From a candidate division WOR-3 bacterium (lineage in GTDB: Bacteria; Hydrothermota; Hydrothermia; Hydrothermales; JAJRUZ01), in NCBI GenBank assembly GCA_039803925.1, contig JBDRZL010000004.1, positions 17,168 through 81,167 of the forward strand: a stretch of DNA of 64,000 nucleotides, in the 5' to 3' direction. Of the stretch, positions 10,160-19,142 are shown in pieces. A model generated the notes under the pieces. It saw only the letters and a list, made by a program, of their open reading frames with translations. It was not told where the DNA came from and made no database searches. The translations under genes and the position numbers were made by a program. How positions within the stretch are numbered: position 1 is the first letter of the stretch; each line of letters opens with the position of its first letter.

Positions 10160-10822
10160 ATTAATAAAAAAATTGATTTTGAGAAATTAAGAGAGATACA
10201 AAGAAATCTTGCAAAGAAATTAAAATTTAAAAAGATTAATTTAAAGAAAATAAGGTATGTGGGAGCCTGTGATGTTTCTTATAAAGAGAAATTCGCAAGA
10301 GGAGCAATAGTTTTATATGATTTAAAGGAGGAAAAGATAATTTATGAGAAAGTAGTTGAAAAAAAAATCAGCTTCCCCTATGTTCCAACTTTCTTATCTT
10401 TTAGAGAGATTCCTGTTTTAGAGGAGCTTTATAAAAAATCACCTATTAAGCCTGATGTTTTATTTATTGATGGTCAGGGCATACTACATCCTTTTAAACT
10501 TGGACTTGCTTCTCATTTTGGAGTGCTTTATAATATTATTACAATAGGTATTGCTAAAAACAAACTGGAAGGAGAAATTAAAAAAATGCCAGAGAAATTA
10601 ATGAAAGCAGAACCAGTATATATGGATGGAAAAATATCGGGCTTTTGTTTAAAGCTATCAAAGGGAAAAAAATATTTATGGATATCTCCAGGAAACCTGA
10701 TTACCCCAAGAGAAGCCCTTCATTTTACTTTAAAATTCATAAAAGATGGGTATCATTTCTTAATGAAAAGAGCAGATATATTGAGTAAAAAATGTGATTT
10801 AAATCACTTGAAAAAATTTTAA
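10160..10822 (+). CDS. nfi: Endonuclease V; 5' end uncertain (probable non-canonical ATT start)
   Basis: YVGACDVSY ... FPYVPTFLSFREIPVLEELY ... DVLFIDGQGILHPFKLGLASHFGV ... IGIAKNKL are EndoV motifs. The in-frame region upstream of the track's GTG (10259) encodes IDFEKLREIQRNLAKKLKF, which resembles the EndoV N-terminal helix. It contains no ATG/GTG/TTG. ATT at 10160 sits 8 nt after AAAGGGG. Confidence 0.8.
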   Translation: MNKKIDFEKLREIQRNLAKKLKFKKINLKKIRYVGACDVSYKEKFARGAIVLYDLKEEKIIYEKVVEKKISFPYVPTFLSFREIPVLEELYKKSPIKPDVLFIDGQGILHPFKLGLASHFGVLYNIITIGIAKNKLEGEIKKMPEKLMKAEPVYMDGKISGFCLKLSKGKKYLWISPGNLITPREALHFTLKFIKDGYHFLMKRADILSKKCDLNHLKKF

Positions 10823-10836
10823 ATGGATGTTATAAT
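10808..10836 (+). promoter_or_regulatory. Sigma70-like promoter candidate TTGAAA-17-TATAAT upstream of the 10891 cargo gene
   Basis: TTGAAA (10808-10813), 17-nt spacer, TATAAT (10831-10836). It overlaps the nfi stop. The T-arm-like hairpin and AAGGAGG follow downstream. Confidence 0.5.
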
Positions 10837-10856
10837 TAACTTTATTTTAAAATTAT

Positions 10857-10871
10857 AGGGTTCAAATCCCT
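10857..10871 (+). promoter_or_regulatory. T-arm-like mini-hairpin AGGG-TTCAAAT-CCCT in the 5' region of the 10891 gene
   Basis: agggTTCAAATccct, 20 nt before the ATG and just after TAAAAT/TATAG boxes. It is one member of the recurring GGTTCRAANCC motif (see findings). Confidence 0.55.
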
Positions 10872-10890
10872 TAAAAATTAAGGAGGTTTT

Positions 10891-13722
10891 ATGAAGAAGT
10901 TATTAGTACTGGTGATAGGTTTTGCCTATCTGGTAGCTTCTCCCCTATCCCTTTTCCGTCCCTCTGATAAAAAGGGTCTTGATATACCCCTTAGGGCAAA
11001 ACCAATTTATAATAAAAGGGTAAAAGGTTCTTCAAATTACCAAATTCTCCAGACATGGACTACAATATTTTCAGAAGATTTTGAATCTGGAACAATGCCC
11101 ACTGGATGGACTGTTACTGATGGAAATAATGATGGATATAGTTGGACTGTTGGTGTTTCAAATGATCCCTTCTATCCGCCGAATTATGGAACAAATTATT
11201 TATACTATTCAGATGATGATGCGGGTTCTTCTGCACCACCTGGTGATGAAATTCTCACAACAAGCTCTTATTATATACGGAAAATTGCTAACTTGAGGTT
11301 TATATATGCCTATGATTTTGAGGAATACTTAGGACAACCTTATGAATATGGAGAAATCCATGCGAGGTTCTTTTCAGGAGGAACATGGTCTCCATGGAAC
11401 ATGCTTGTTCAGTATTACCAAGATACAGGTCCAAAATGGGATACCCTTGATCTAACATCCTTTTTACCAGCAGATTCTGTTCAGCTTAGATTTATATATA
11501 GAGACCCTTCTGGTGAGTGGGCCTGGGGATTTTATCTTGATAATTTCCTTCTTGAAGGAATTTTGCAAATTAATGTCCTTTTTGTTGATGATGACCAAGG
11601 ATTAACATATGAAAGTTATTTTGTTAATTCTCTTTCTTTTTTAAATGTTGACCATGATACTTTTGTGGTTCCTGCAGGTGCAAATAATGGTCCTGATTCT
11701 CTCTATATGTCAAATTATGATATTGTTATATGGAATACAGGTGATGATTGGACCTATACACTTACAGCACAGGATACAGTTGAAATCAAAAAATACTTAA
11801 ATGCTGGAGGTAGATTATGGTTATCTTCACAAGATGTGCTCTATAATCTCGGGACAAGTGTCTCCTGGATGCACATAACAGGTTTTACAAATGATATAGG
11901 CTGTCAATATGCAACAGGTTTGGGTCCTGTTATGCAGGGATTCAGTTTTGCTACAAATGGGAATGCTATGACTGATTTTGCAGATGCTATTAATCCTGAT
12001 CCATCAGCCTATCCTGAGGTTGTAAATCAGGATAATTATATAAATTCACTTTCATACTCAGGAACATACAAACTTTTCTTCAATACCTTTGCTTTTGAGA
12101 ATATAGCAGATCCTTATGATAGACATGAATTTGCAAGGAGAGTTTTAAGGTTTTTTGGTTATATTTTGCCCAAAAGGGATGTGGGAGTAAGCTCAGTTTA
12201 TCCAACAGGTTTAATGCAAATTGGTGATACAGTTCAGATATCGGCTACATTTAACAATTTTGGAACTCTTTTCCCTGAGAACTTTGCTGTTCATGTAGAA
12301 GTTAGAGATCCATTAAATAATGTTATTTTAACAAAAGATAGTATTATTACGGGATTTCAGCCTCTTGCAAAGGATACAATTTGGGCAGGAAGTGTTATAC
12401 TTTCCTTGGAGGGAATATATACTATAAAGGCTTATACAACAAGTAATTTTGATGAGGATGCTACAAATGATACTGTTATCGGTCAAATATATGCTTCTCC
12501 ATGGGGTTCCTGGACAATTTATCCTTCTCCGAGTGTAAATTATGACAGGTTAACTCACGCAACAGTTTACGATTATGATAACGATAGGATTTATATGATA
12601 GGTGGGACACCAAATGGACAAGCAGGTTCAAATGTTTCATATAATTACAGGTTTGATCCTTTAAATAATACATGGGAAACTAACCTTGCACCCATGCCAA
12701 CACCGAGGGGTTGGATACAGGGTGTTTATTATAATGGCTTTATATATGTGGCAGGTGGGTATTCTAACTCTCAAACTGCCCTTTCTGTTTTTGAAGCTTA
12801 TGATATACAGAATAATGCATGGGTAAATCTTCCTGCTTTACCATCCCCAAGATTAGCTTATGGAGCTGTTGCATGGAACGGTAGTGTTTATATTCTTGGG
12901 GGACTTGATGCAAGTTTTAATGCAACAAACACTGTTTTAAGGTATGATATATCAAATAATGCATGGACTTCCGCTACAAGTCTTCCTTTAAACTTCTTTA
13001 TGGGTGGTGTAACTCATATTAAGGATACTATATACATAGTTGGAGGTTATACAGGAACAGGAGCCTGGACAAATCTGTATAGGGGAATAATTGATCAGAA
13101 TAATCCGGATCTGATTACATGGCAGGATCTTGGTCCTCTTCCCTATCCTAATATGAATAATGCTGCTGTTAGTTTACCGGGTTCAATTATAATGATAGGA
13201 GGTTTTGTAAATGCAGCAACAGTTACAGATTCTGTATGGGAATACAAAATTCAATCAGGAACATGGGGACCTATACCTAATTATGTTGTCCCTGTTGTAA
13301 GAAATCATTTTGCAGTAGGAAGAAAAGCAAGAGGTGGAACAGGAGATAGAATTTACGTTGTTGCAGGTGATGCATATGGAGACTGGGATCCACCCAACAA
13401 TTATTACTATTACCTTGAAAGACCTGCTGCAATTTCTGTATCTGAAAAGGGAGAGAAAGTGAATAAGCCTTATCTTTTTGTTAAGAGTAATCTTTCAAAT
13501 GGAAGCTTTGTTATTAATTTTCTCCTTACAGAAGATAAGGATGTTGATATAGGTCTTTATAATATCCTTGGTCAAAGGGTGGCAACAATTTTCAAGGGAA
13601 CAAAATCAAAGGGTGAGTATACAATAAACTTTAATAAAAAAGACCTGAAATCTGGAATATACTTTATCAAAATGGAAACAGGAGATAGGATTCCTGTTCA
13701 GAGGATTGTAAAGATAAAGTAA
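10891..13722 (+). CDS. Large secreted T9SS cargo protein: jelly-roll domain + unassigned alpha/beta module + CARDB-like + Kelch beta-propeller + T9SS C-terminal sorting domain
   Basis: Signal peptide. An FSEDFESGTMPTGWTV...GFYLDNFLLEG jelly-roll (choice-of-anchor-J/MAM-like). The VLFVDDDQG...YDIVIWNTGDDW...LNAGGRLWLSSQDVLY module. Repeated Kelch-like units (IYMIGG / IYVAGGY / VYILGG / IYIVGGY / IIMIGGF / IYVVAGD). C-terminus ...DIGLYNILGQRVATIF...SGIYFIKMETGDRIPVQRIVKIK, typical of Por/T9SS CTDs. Confidence 0.8.
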   Translation: MKKLLVLVIGFAYLVASPLSLFRPSDKKGLDIPLRAKPIYNKRVKGSSNYQILQTWTTIFSEDFESGTMPTGWTVTDGNNDGYSWTVGVSNDPFYPPNYGTNYLYYSDDDAGSSAPPGDEILTTSSYYIRKIANLRFIYAYDFEEYLGQPYEYGEIHARFFSGGTWSPWNMLVQYYQDTGPKWDTLDLTSFLPADSVQLRFIYRDPSGEWAWGFYLDNFLLEGILQINVLFVDDDQGLTYESYFVNSLSFLNVDHDTFVVPAGANNGPDSLYMSNYDIVIWNTGDDWTYTLTAQDTVEIKKYLNAGGRLWLSSQDVLYNLGTSVSWMHITGFTNDIGCQYATGLGPVMQGFSFATNGNAMTDFADAINPDPSAYPEVVNQDNYINSLSYSGTYKLFFNTFAFENIADPYDRHEFARRVLRFFGYILPKRDVGVSSVYPTGLMQIGDTVQISATFNNFGTLFPENFAVHVEVRDPLNNVILTKDSIITGFQPLAKDTIWAGSVILSLEGIYTIKAYTTSNFDEDATNDTVIGQIYASPWGSWTIYPSPSVNYDRLTHATVYDYDNDRIYMIGGTPNGQAGSNVSYNYRFDPLNNTWETNLAPMPTPRGWIQGVYYNGFIYVAGGYSNSQTALSVFEAYDIQNNAWVNLPALPSPRLAYGAVAWNGSVYILGGLDASFNATNTVLRYDISNNAWTSATSLPLNFFMGGVTHIKDTIYIVGGYTGTGAWTNLYRGIIDQNNPDLITWQDLGPLPYPNMNNAAVSLPGSIIMIGGFVNAATVTDSVWEYKIQSGTWGPIPNYVVPVVRNHFAVGRKARGGTGDRIYVVAGDAYGDWDPPNNYYYYLERPAAISVSEKGEKVNKPYLFVKSNLSNGSFVINFLLTEDKDVDIGLYNILGQRVATIFKGTKSKGEYTINFNKKDLKSGIYFIKMETGDRIPVQRIVKIK

Positions 13723-13746
13723 AAAAGTTTAAATCTTTTAATTTCT

Positions 13747-13779
13747 AAGGGGAGGTTCAAAGCCTCCCCTTTTTATTTT
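13747..13779 (+). terminator. Rho-independent terminator after the 10891 gene
   Basis: Perfect 9-bp stem aaggggagg (13747-13755) / cctcccctt (13763-13771), 7-nt loop TTCAAAG, followed by a T-rich tract tttatttt. Confidence 0.8.
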
Positions 13780-13784
13780 ATAAT
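13779..13784 (+). promoter_or_regulatory. -10 box TATAAT 6 nt upstream of the ndk ATG (leaderless-type arrangement)
   Basis: tataat-aataat-ATG, with no Shine-Dalgarno between the box and the start codon. Confidence 0.45.
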
Positions 13785-13790
13785 AATAAT

Positions 13791-14186
13791 ATGGAAAAAA
13801 CTCTTTTAATAATAAAACCAGATGCTGTTAGAAGAAATTTGATTGGTAAAATAATTTCAATGTGTGAGGAAAATGGATTTAAGGTATTGAATATAAAAAT
13901 GGAAAAATTAACAAGGAAAAAAGCAGAAAGTTTTTATAAGGTTCATAAGGGAAAGGATTTTTTTGAAAATCTTGTTAATTATATCACCTCCGACTATGTT
14001 GTTGCTATTTTACTTGAAAAGGAAAAAGCAATTGAAACTTTAAGAGAACTTGTTGGGGCAACTGATCCAAAAAAAGCAAAAAAAGGCACAATAAGGCATC
14101 TTTTCGGGATAAGTATAACAGAAAATTCTGTTCATGCCTCTGATTCAAAGGAAAGTTTTGAATATGAAGTAAAGCACTTCTTTTAA
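13791..14186 (+). CDS. ndk: Nucleoside diphosphate kinase
   Basis: LLIIKPDAVRRNLIGKII..., and NSVHASDS containing the active-site His. Confidence 0.95.
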   Translation: MEKTLLIIKPDAVRRNLIGKIISMCEENGFKVLNIKMEKLTRKKAESFYKVHKGKDFFENLVNYITSDYVVAILLEKEKAIETLRELVGATDPKKAKKGTIRHLFGISITENSVHASDSKESFEYEVKHFF

Positions 14187-15511
14187 TGCATTTTTCTGAA
14201 TTTTTTTTCCCAGTTTTAAAAAAAGAAATAGATGAAATATTTAAGGGGAAGAGGGTTAAAAAATTCTTATTTAGCGATAAAAAATTTTTTGTCATTTTTG
14301 ATGATAAAAATGTTTTAAAAATATCACTTGAGTCACAGAATTATTACTTTTTGCCTTGTATTTCTCCCCTTACAGAAAATAAAAACTTTTTAGAATTTAA
14401 AGAGCTTCCATATTTAAAGGATTTTGTTTATAAAAATTCAAAAATAATAGAAGGGGAAAGAATTTTTATAGCAAATTTTGTTAAGAAAAACCCTCTTGGA
14501 GAAATTGAAAAAAGAAAATTAATAATTGATTTTACGAGAAGAAAAAAAGAACTTTTGATATTGAAAGATGAAAAGGTTATATATTCCTTTTCAGGATTAA
14601 AAGAATTTAAAATAGAATTTCCTGATAAAATTAATATTTTTAAAGAAAATAATTTAGAAAAGATAAAAGAGTACACTCAAAAATTCTTACCCTTTTTATA
14701 TGAGGTTATAGAAAGAGAAAAAGAAATTTCAGATTTTAAAGAAATTCTTTATAAATATTTTAAAGGCCCCTTTTATGTTGATAAGGAGAAAAAATTGCAT
14801 TTGATCAAGAAGGGTAATTTTTTTGAATTTAAAAAATTAAGAGAAGCTCTTTTTTATATATACAGGGACCTTGAAAAAACAGAAATTGAAAAAACAAAGG
14901 TAAAAGAAAAAAAAGAAAAAATTTTAAAAAAAGAAAAATTTGACCCTGAAATATATAAAATTAAAGGGGAAACAATTTTACTTAATTTAAATCAGATTTT
15001 AGATAAAAGGGGGGTATTTAAACTAACTCACCCTGAAAATGGAGAAGTTGAGGTTGAAATAAAGTTTTCTGAGACACCCCAAAAAGCAGCAGAAAGGTAT
15101 TTTGAAAGATATAAAAAACTTAAAAGAGCTAATTTAATTAAAGAAAAAGTTGAAATTGAAAAAGAAAAAATACAAAGTTACAAAGTTTATATTTCACCTT
15201 CTGGTTTTAAAGTTTTAGTTTCAAAAAGTAAGGAATATGCCAATGAAGTTACCTTTAAAATTGCTAAACCTAACGATTATTTTTTCCATGTTAAAGATAT
15301 AAGAGGAGCACATGTTATCTTGAAATATGAAAAAAATAAAGAATTAAAGGAAGAAGATGTAAAATTTGCTGCTGAATTAGCAAAAAAACATAGCAAACTA
15401 AAAGGTGATGAAAAAGTTTATGTTCTTTATACTTTGAGAAAATATGTTAAACCTATCAAAGGAGAAAAAGGACTTGTTAGAATAAAAAGAGAAAAGGTTA
15501 TACTTGTATGA
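14186..15511 (+). CDS. NFACT-family protein (RqcH/FbpA-like) with C-terminal NFACT-R/DUF814 domain
   Basis: C-terminal YKVYISPSGFKVLVSKSKEYANEVTFKIAKPNDYFFHVKDIRGAHVILK matches the DUF814 signature. There is a central K/E coiled coil. The N-terminus resembles NFACT-N. At 441 aa it is shorter than typical RqcH. Confidence 0.7.
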   Translation: MHFSEFFFPVLKKEIDEIFKGKRVKKFLFSDKKFFVIFDDKNVLKISLESQNYYFLPCISPLTENKNFLEFKELPYLKDFVYKNSKIIEGERIFIANFVKKNPLGEIEKRKLIIDFTRRKKELLILKDEKVIYSFSGLKEFKIEFPDKINIFKENNLEKIKEYTQKFLPFLYEVIEREKEISDFKEILYKYFKGPFYVDKEKKLHLIKKGNFFEFKKLREALFYIYRDLEKTEIEKTKVKEKKEKILKKEKFDPEIYKIKGETILLNLNQILDKRGVFKLTHPENGEVEVEIKFSETPQKAAERYFERYKKLKRANLIKEKVEIEKEKIQSYKVYISPSGFKVLVSKSKEYANEVTFKIAKPNDYFFHVKDIRGAHVILKYEKNKELKEEDVKFAAELAKKHSKLKGDEKVYVLYTLRKYVKPIKGEKGLVRIKREKVILV

Positions 15512-16149
15512 TAAAATTTTTGCTTTTTCCTTCCACTCTTTTTATTTTTTTTAATTTAAAGAACTATTATATAAAAGTTTTTCCCCCTGATACTTTAAAC
15601 TTTGAGAAACCTTTTAATTTCGTAGATGTTAAAACTGACGGTTTATTCATTTATTTTTTAACAAGGGATGGAAAGGTTAAATCCATCAATCCCTATAATG
15701 GAACTCTCAAATCAGAATTTAAAATTAATTCCCTTTTATATGCTTTATACTTTGATGTTACAGATAGGGGTAATTTTTATTTTTTTATTTCAAAGGGGGG
15801 AACATCAAAAATTTTAAAAATAAAGTTTTCTCCCTTTGATACTACAGTTTATTATTATGATATTGATAAAAATTTGTTTGATTTTTTCTGTATAGATGAT
15901 AGTTTTTTTATTTTTGTTTTTAAAGACAGAATTTCAGTTTATAAAAATGGGAAACTAACCAAGATATTCAAAAAAAATTATAAAAATTATTTCAAATATA
16001 AAAATTCCTTTTATGTATATAGTGGAGATACTCTTTTTTCTCTGCTCATGGGAGAAAAAAAAGAATATAAAGGAAGTTATGATTTTTTGTTTATAATAGA
16101 TAAAGGTGAGATAGTTAATAAAGATAACAAATGGTTTTTAAAAAATTGA
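15508..16149 (+). CDS. Hypothetical exported protein
   Basis: Hydrophobic N-terminus (MIKFLLFPSTLFIFF). ATGA overlap with the upstream gene. Beta-rich, N/K/F/Y-rich sequence with no recognisable family. Confidence 0.5.
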   Translation: MIKFLLFPSTLFIFFNLKNYYIKVFPPDTLNFEKPFNFVDVKTDGLFIYFLTRDGKVKSINPYNGTLKSEFKINSLLYALYFDVTDRGNFYFFISKGGTSKILKIKFSPFDTTVYYYDIDKNLFDFFCIDDSFFIFVFKDRISVYKNGKLTKIFKKNYKNYFKYKNSFYVYSGDTLFSLLMGEKKEYKGSYDFLFIIDKGEIVNKDNKWFLKN

Positions 16150-19118
16150 TTAATTTGTTTATTTTCATAACACTGAATTCTCAAAATTTTGAATATAAGA
16201 GGGAAATAATAACCTTTGAAAGACCAATTATTATACTTGAATCTCCTCTTTTAAATTCCCTCAAAGTTTTTAAGGATACTTTTAAAATCCCTTTTAAATT
16301 AAAAAGTGACACTTTATTTCCTCTTTTGCCTCTTACGGAAAAAGATACCTTTTTTGTTGAATATCTTTCCTTTTTTTATAAAAAGGATACAACAGTTTTA
16401 AAAATAAAAAGTTTTTTATTGGAAGAAGAATACAGTGAAGAAAAAAAGAAAAGTATGGAAGAGGAGATGAATGTGGAAATAAAGGGTGAGAAAACCCTTT
16501 CTGCTTCCTATTCAGGTTACGGTTTTAAGATAGATCAGAGGTTAAATTTTGAAATTGATGGAGAACTTTCAAAGGGTTATAGAGTGAGGGGGAAAATAAG
16601 TGATGAATCATTTCCTGAAGAGGAAAATTTCACAAGGAATTTAACAGAACTTGAGGAAGCAAGTTTTAATTTTGAAGGAGAAAATTTGAAGGCTAAAATA
16701 GGTGAATTTACTATGAAATCAAATTTTTATCCAAAATTCAGCAAGGAAATTCTCGGTCTTGAATTTAATGCCTATGGTAATAAAAATAATTTTACCTTAA
16801 TCCTTGGTTATCCAAAGGGAAAATTTAAAACTTTATATATAGAACTTGATAAAAGTAATTTAAATAACTTTTTACTTATTGATCCTTTAAAGGAAAAAAT
16901 TGTTCCAAATTCTGAAAGAGTTTATCTTGATGGAAGATTATTAAAAAGGGGAAGGGAATTTGATTATATCATTGATTATTCAAATGGAACTCTCACTTTA
17001 ACTCAAAATGTAAGTTATTCTCTTAATTCAAAGTTAAGATTAGATTTTGAGATTGTAGAAGATGCTTATAGTAATTATATTTTTTCATCAGAGTATCAAA
17101 GAACCTTTGCCTTAATGAATTTAAATTTTATGTACATAAATGAAAGTGATATAGCTTCAATGCCTAAATTTCTTTTGAAAGAAGAAGATAAAGAGAATTT
17201 AAAAAATGTAGAGGATTCTTCTTGGGTTCTTTTAAATGGTATAAACCTTGTTGATTCAGGGAAGGGAGATTATATTTTGAAAAGTGATACTCTAATTTAT
17301 GTTGGAAAAAATAAGGGTAATGTTTTACCAAATTTTGTTTTTGTTGGTCCATTTGAAGGTGATTATGAATTTGTTGATGGAAAAAATTATTTTGTTTATG
17401 TAGGTGAAGGTAAGGGGTCTTATAAACCCGGAAAATGGGGTATTACTCCAAAAAGGAATCAGAATTTAATTTTTAGTTTAAAATCAGAAAATAATTTTTT
17501 AAAAATTGATAATACTTTTGGTTTTTCTCTTTTTAATCCTAATCTCTTTATTCGCAAGAATATATCAGGTTTTTATGGAGATTTTAGATTTAATGTTGAA
17601 AAAGGTAAATTTGGCATAGATTTTAATTTTTTAGGTAAAAAAAATTTTAAATCACCCTTTAGAATTTTTGAGGAAAATTATTTCTATTACTGGGGTAAAA
17701 ATATAAAGGGGAATTTTTATGATACAAGGATAAAACCCTATTTAAAGTTAAATGAAATTTTTAATCTCTATTACACTTACTCAAATTTAAAAAGTGAAAA
17801 TTTTTTTATAGATAAAAATTCTTATGGATACGAATTGAATTATTTTTTTAAAAATAAAACTGATATAGAGTTTTTTAGTTATAGAAAAAACAGTTGGAAA
17901 AGATTTAATTTATATTTTGAAAAAAAATGGATACTATCACCTTTTTATAACTATTTTTATGAAATAGATACACTCAAAATTAAAAAAATTAACGAAAGTT
18001 TTGGATTTAAAATAGATTTTAAAAATAAAAGTTTTTTATATGAAATTATATCCTTTAGAAGAAAAAGTTTAAGGGAGTTAAAAAATAATTTCAGAATTCT
18101 TTACAGTTTTGATAAACTAAATTTAAAGTTAAGTTCAAGTTTAATAAATTTGAAAGATTCAATAATTTCAAAAAGGGATTTTAATTATTATTTAGAAGCA
18201 AATTTTTATCCCAGGAACAATTTATCTTTAAATTTTGTATCAAATTTAATAAGAATGAATGGTTTAAGGAGGGTTTTTGAATATGTAAAAGTTCCAGAGG
18301 GAAGAGGTTCATATAGTTATGATTCTCTCAGCAATACTTTTTATCCTGATCCAGATGGTTCCTATATAAGAAAAATAAGAGATATTCCATTGAATGAAGG
18401 AATTTTGAAATCTGAAAATGATTTTTCCTTTAATTTTAATGGAGAGAAGTTTTTTTATATAACAAGTGTTTCATATAGAAGGGATAAAAGTTTTGAGCCA
18501 AGAACCTATTTTTCACTTATAAAGAATTTAAATTTTAATATTTTTTTGAGTCCCTTTTTGAATTTTATTTACATAAGGGATTTTAATAGAATTTTTGAAG
18601 GTTTTAATAGAAATGAAAGTTATGAAATTTTAACTGGAATTAAAAAAACTTATTTTAAAAAAATTTTAGAAATCTCAATAAATTTTAAAAGGGATATTTT
18701 TGAAGAACTATTCATTTTTAACAGAAAAAAAACTTATGCTTTACCTTTTTCTATTGTTATCTCTGAAAGTAATATTAATTCTAAAATAAAGCTTTCGCCG
18801 GGTTTAGTTATTCTTGAATATTTTAGACCAGAATCTAATAGAGAAAGAATTCCTTTTTTGGAATTTAATTTTAATTTATCATCAATTTTTATATTTAAAA
18901 CAAAGATTTTTTTTGATTTTAATTTTATAATAAAAAAATCCTATAAAAGAAGTTTTGCTTCCAGTTTTGAAAGGGATAATTGGAGATATAATTTTAGTTT
19001 TAAAGTAGAAAGGAATATTACAAGTAATACTATAGTTATTTTGAAATCAGATTTAAGGAGGGGTTCTTTCTCAAAGTCTTTTTATAATTTTTATCTTGAA
19101 ACAAAGTTGCTTTTTTAA
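16131..19118 (+). CDS. Large (995 aa) hypothetical outer-membrane protein, probable beta-barrel; family unassigned
   Basis: N-terminal hydrophobic leader. Long stretches of alternating aromatic/polar short strands. C-terminal residue Phe (...YLETKLLF), as in many OMPs. It overlaps the upstream ORF by 19 nt. Confidence 0.55.
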   Translation: MVFKKLINLFIFITLNSQNFEYKREIITFERPIIILESPLLNSLKVFKDTFKIPFKLKSDTLFPLLPLTEKDTFFVEYLSFFYKKDTTVLKIKSFLLEEEYSEEKKKSMEEEMNVEIKGEKTLSASYSGYGFKIDQRLNFEIDGELSKGYRVRGKISDESFPEEENFTRNLTELEEASFNFEGENLKAKIGEFTMKSNFYPKFSKEILGLEFNAYGNKNNFTLILGYPKGKFKTLYIELDKSNLNNFLLIDPLKEKIVPNSERVYLDGRLLKRGREFDYIIDYSNGTLTLTQNVSYSLNSKLRLDFEIVEDAYSNYIFSSEYQRTFALMNLNFMYINESDIASMPKFLLKEEDKENLKNVEDSSWVLLNGINLVDSGKGDYILKSDTLIYVGKNKGNVLPNFVFVGPFEGDYEFVDGKNYFVYVGEGKGSYKPGKWGITPKRNQNLIFSLKSENNFLKIDNTFGFSLFNPNLFIRKNISGFYGDFRFNVEKGKFGIDFNFLGKKNFKSPFRIFEENYFYYWGKNIKGNFYDTRIKPYLKLNEIFNLYYTYSNLKSENFFIDKNSYGYELNYFFKNKTDIEFFSYRKNSWKRFNLYFEKKWILSPFYNYFYEIDTLKIKKINESFGFKIDFKNKSFLYEIISFRRKSLRELKNNFRILYSFDKLNLKLSSSLINLKDSIISKRDFNYYLEANFYPRNNLSLNFVSNLIRMNGLRRVFEYVKVPEGRGSYSYDSLSNTFYPDPDGSYIRKIRDIPLNEGILKSENDFSFNFNGEKFFYITSVSYRRDKSFEPRTYFSLIKNLNFNIFLSPFLNFIYIRDFNRIFEGFNRNESYEILTGIKKTYFKKILEISINFKRDIFEELFIFNRKKTYALPFSIVISESNINSKIKLSPGLVILEYFRPESNRERIPFLEFNFNLSSIFIFKTKIFFDFNFIIKKSYKRSFASSFERDNWRYNFSFKVERNITSNTIVILKSDLRRGSFSKSFYNFYLETKLLF

Positions 19119-19136
19119 TTTTTTATTTTATATAAT
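19107..19136 (+). promoter_or_regulatory. Promoter candidate TTGCTT-18-TATAAT placed 6 nt before the fadD ATG (leaderless-type)
   Basis: TTGCTT (19107-19112), 18-nt spacer, TATAAT (19131-19136), then acggtt-ATG (19143) with no SD. Confidence 0.5.
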
Positions 19137-19142
19137 ACGGTT

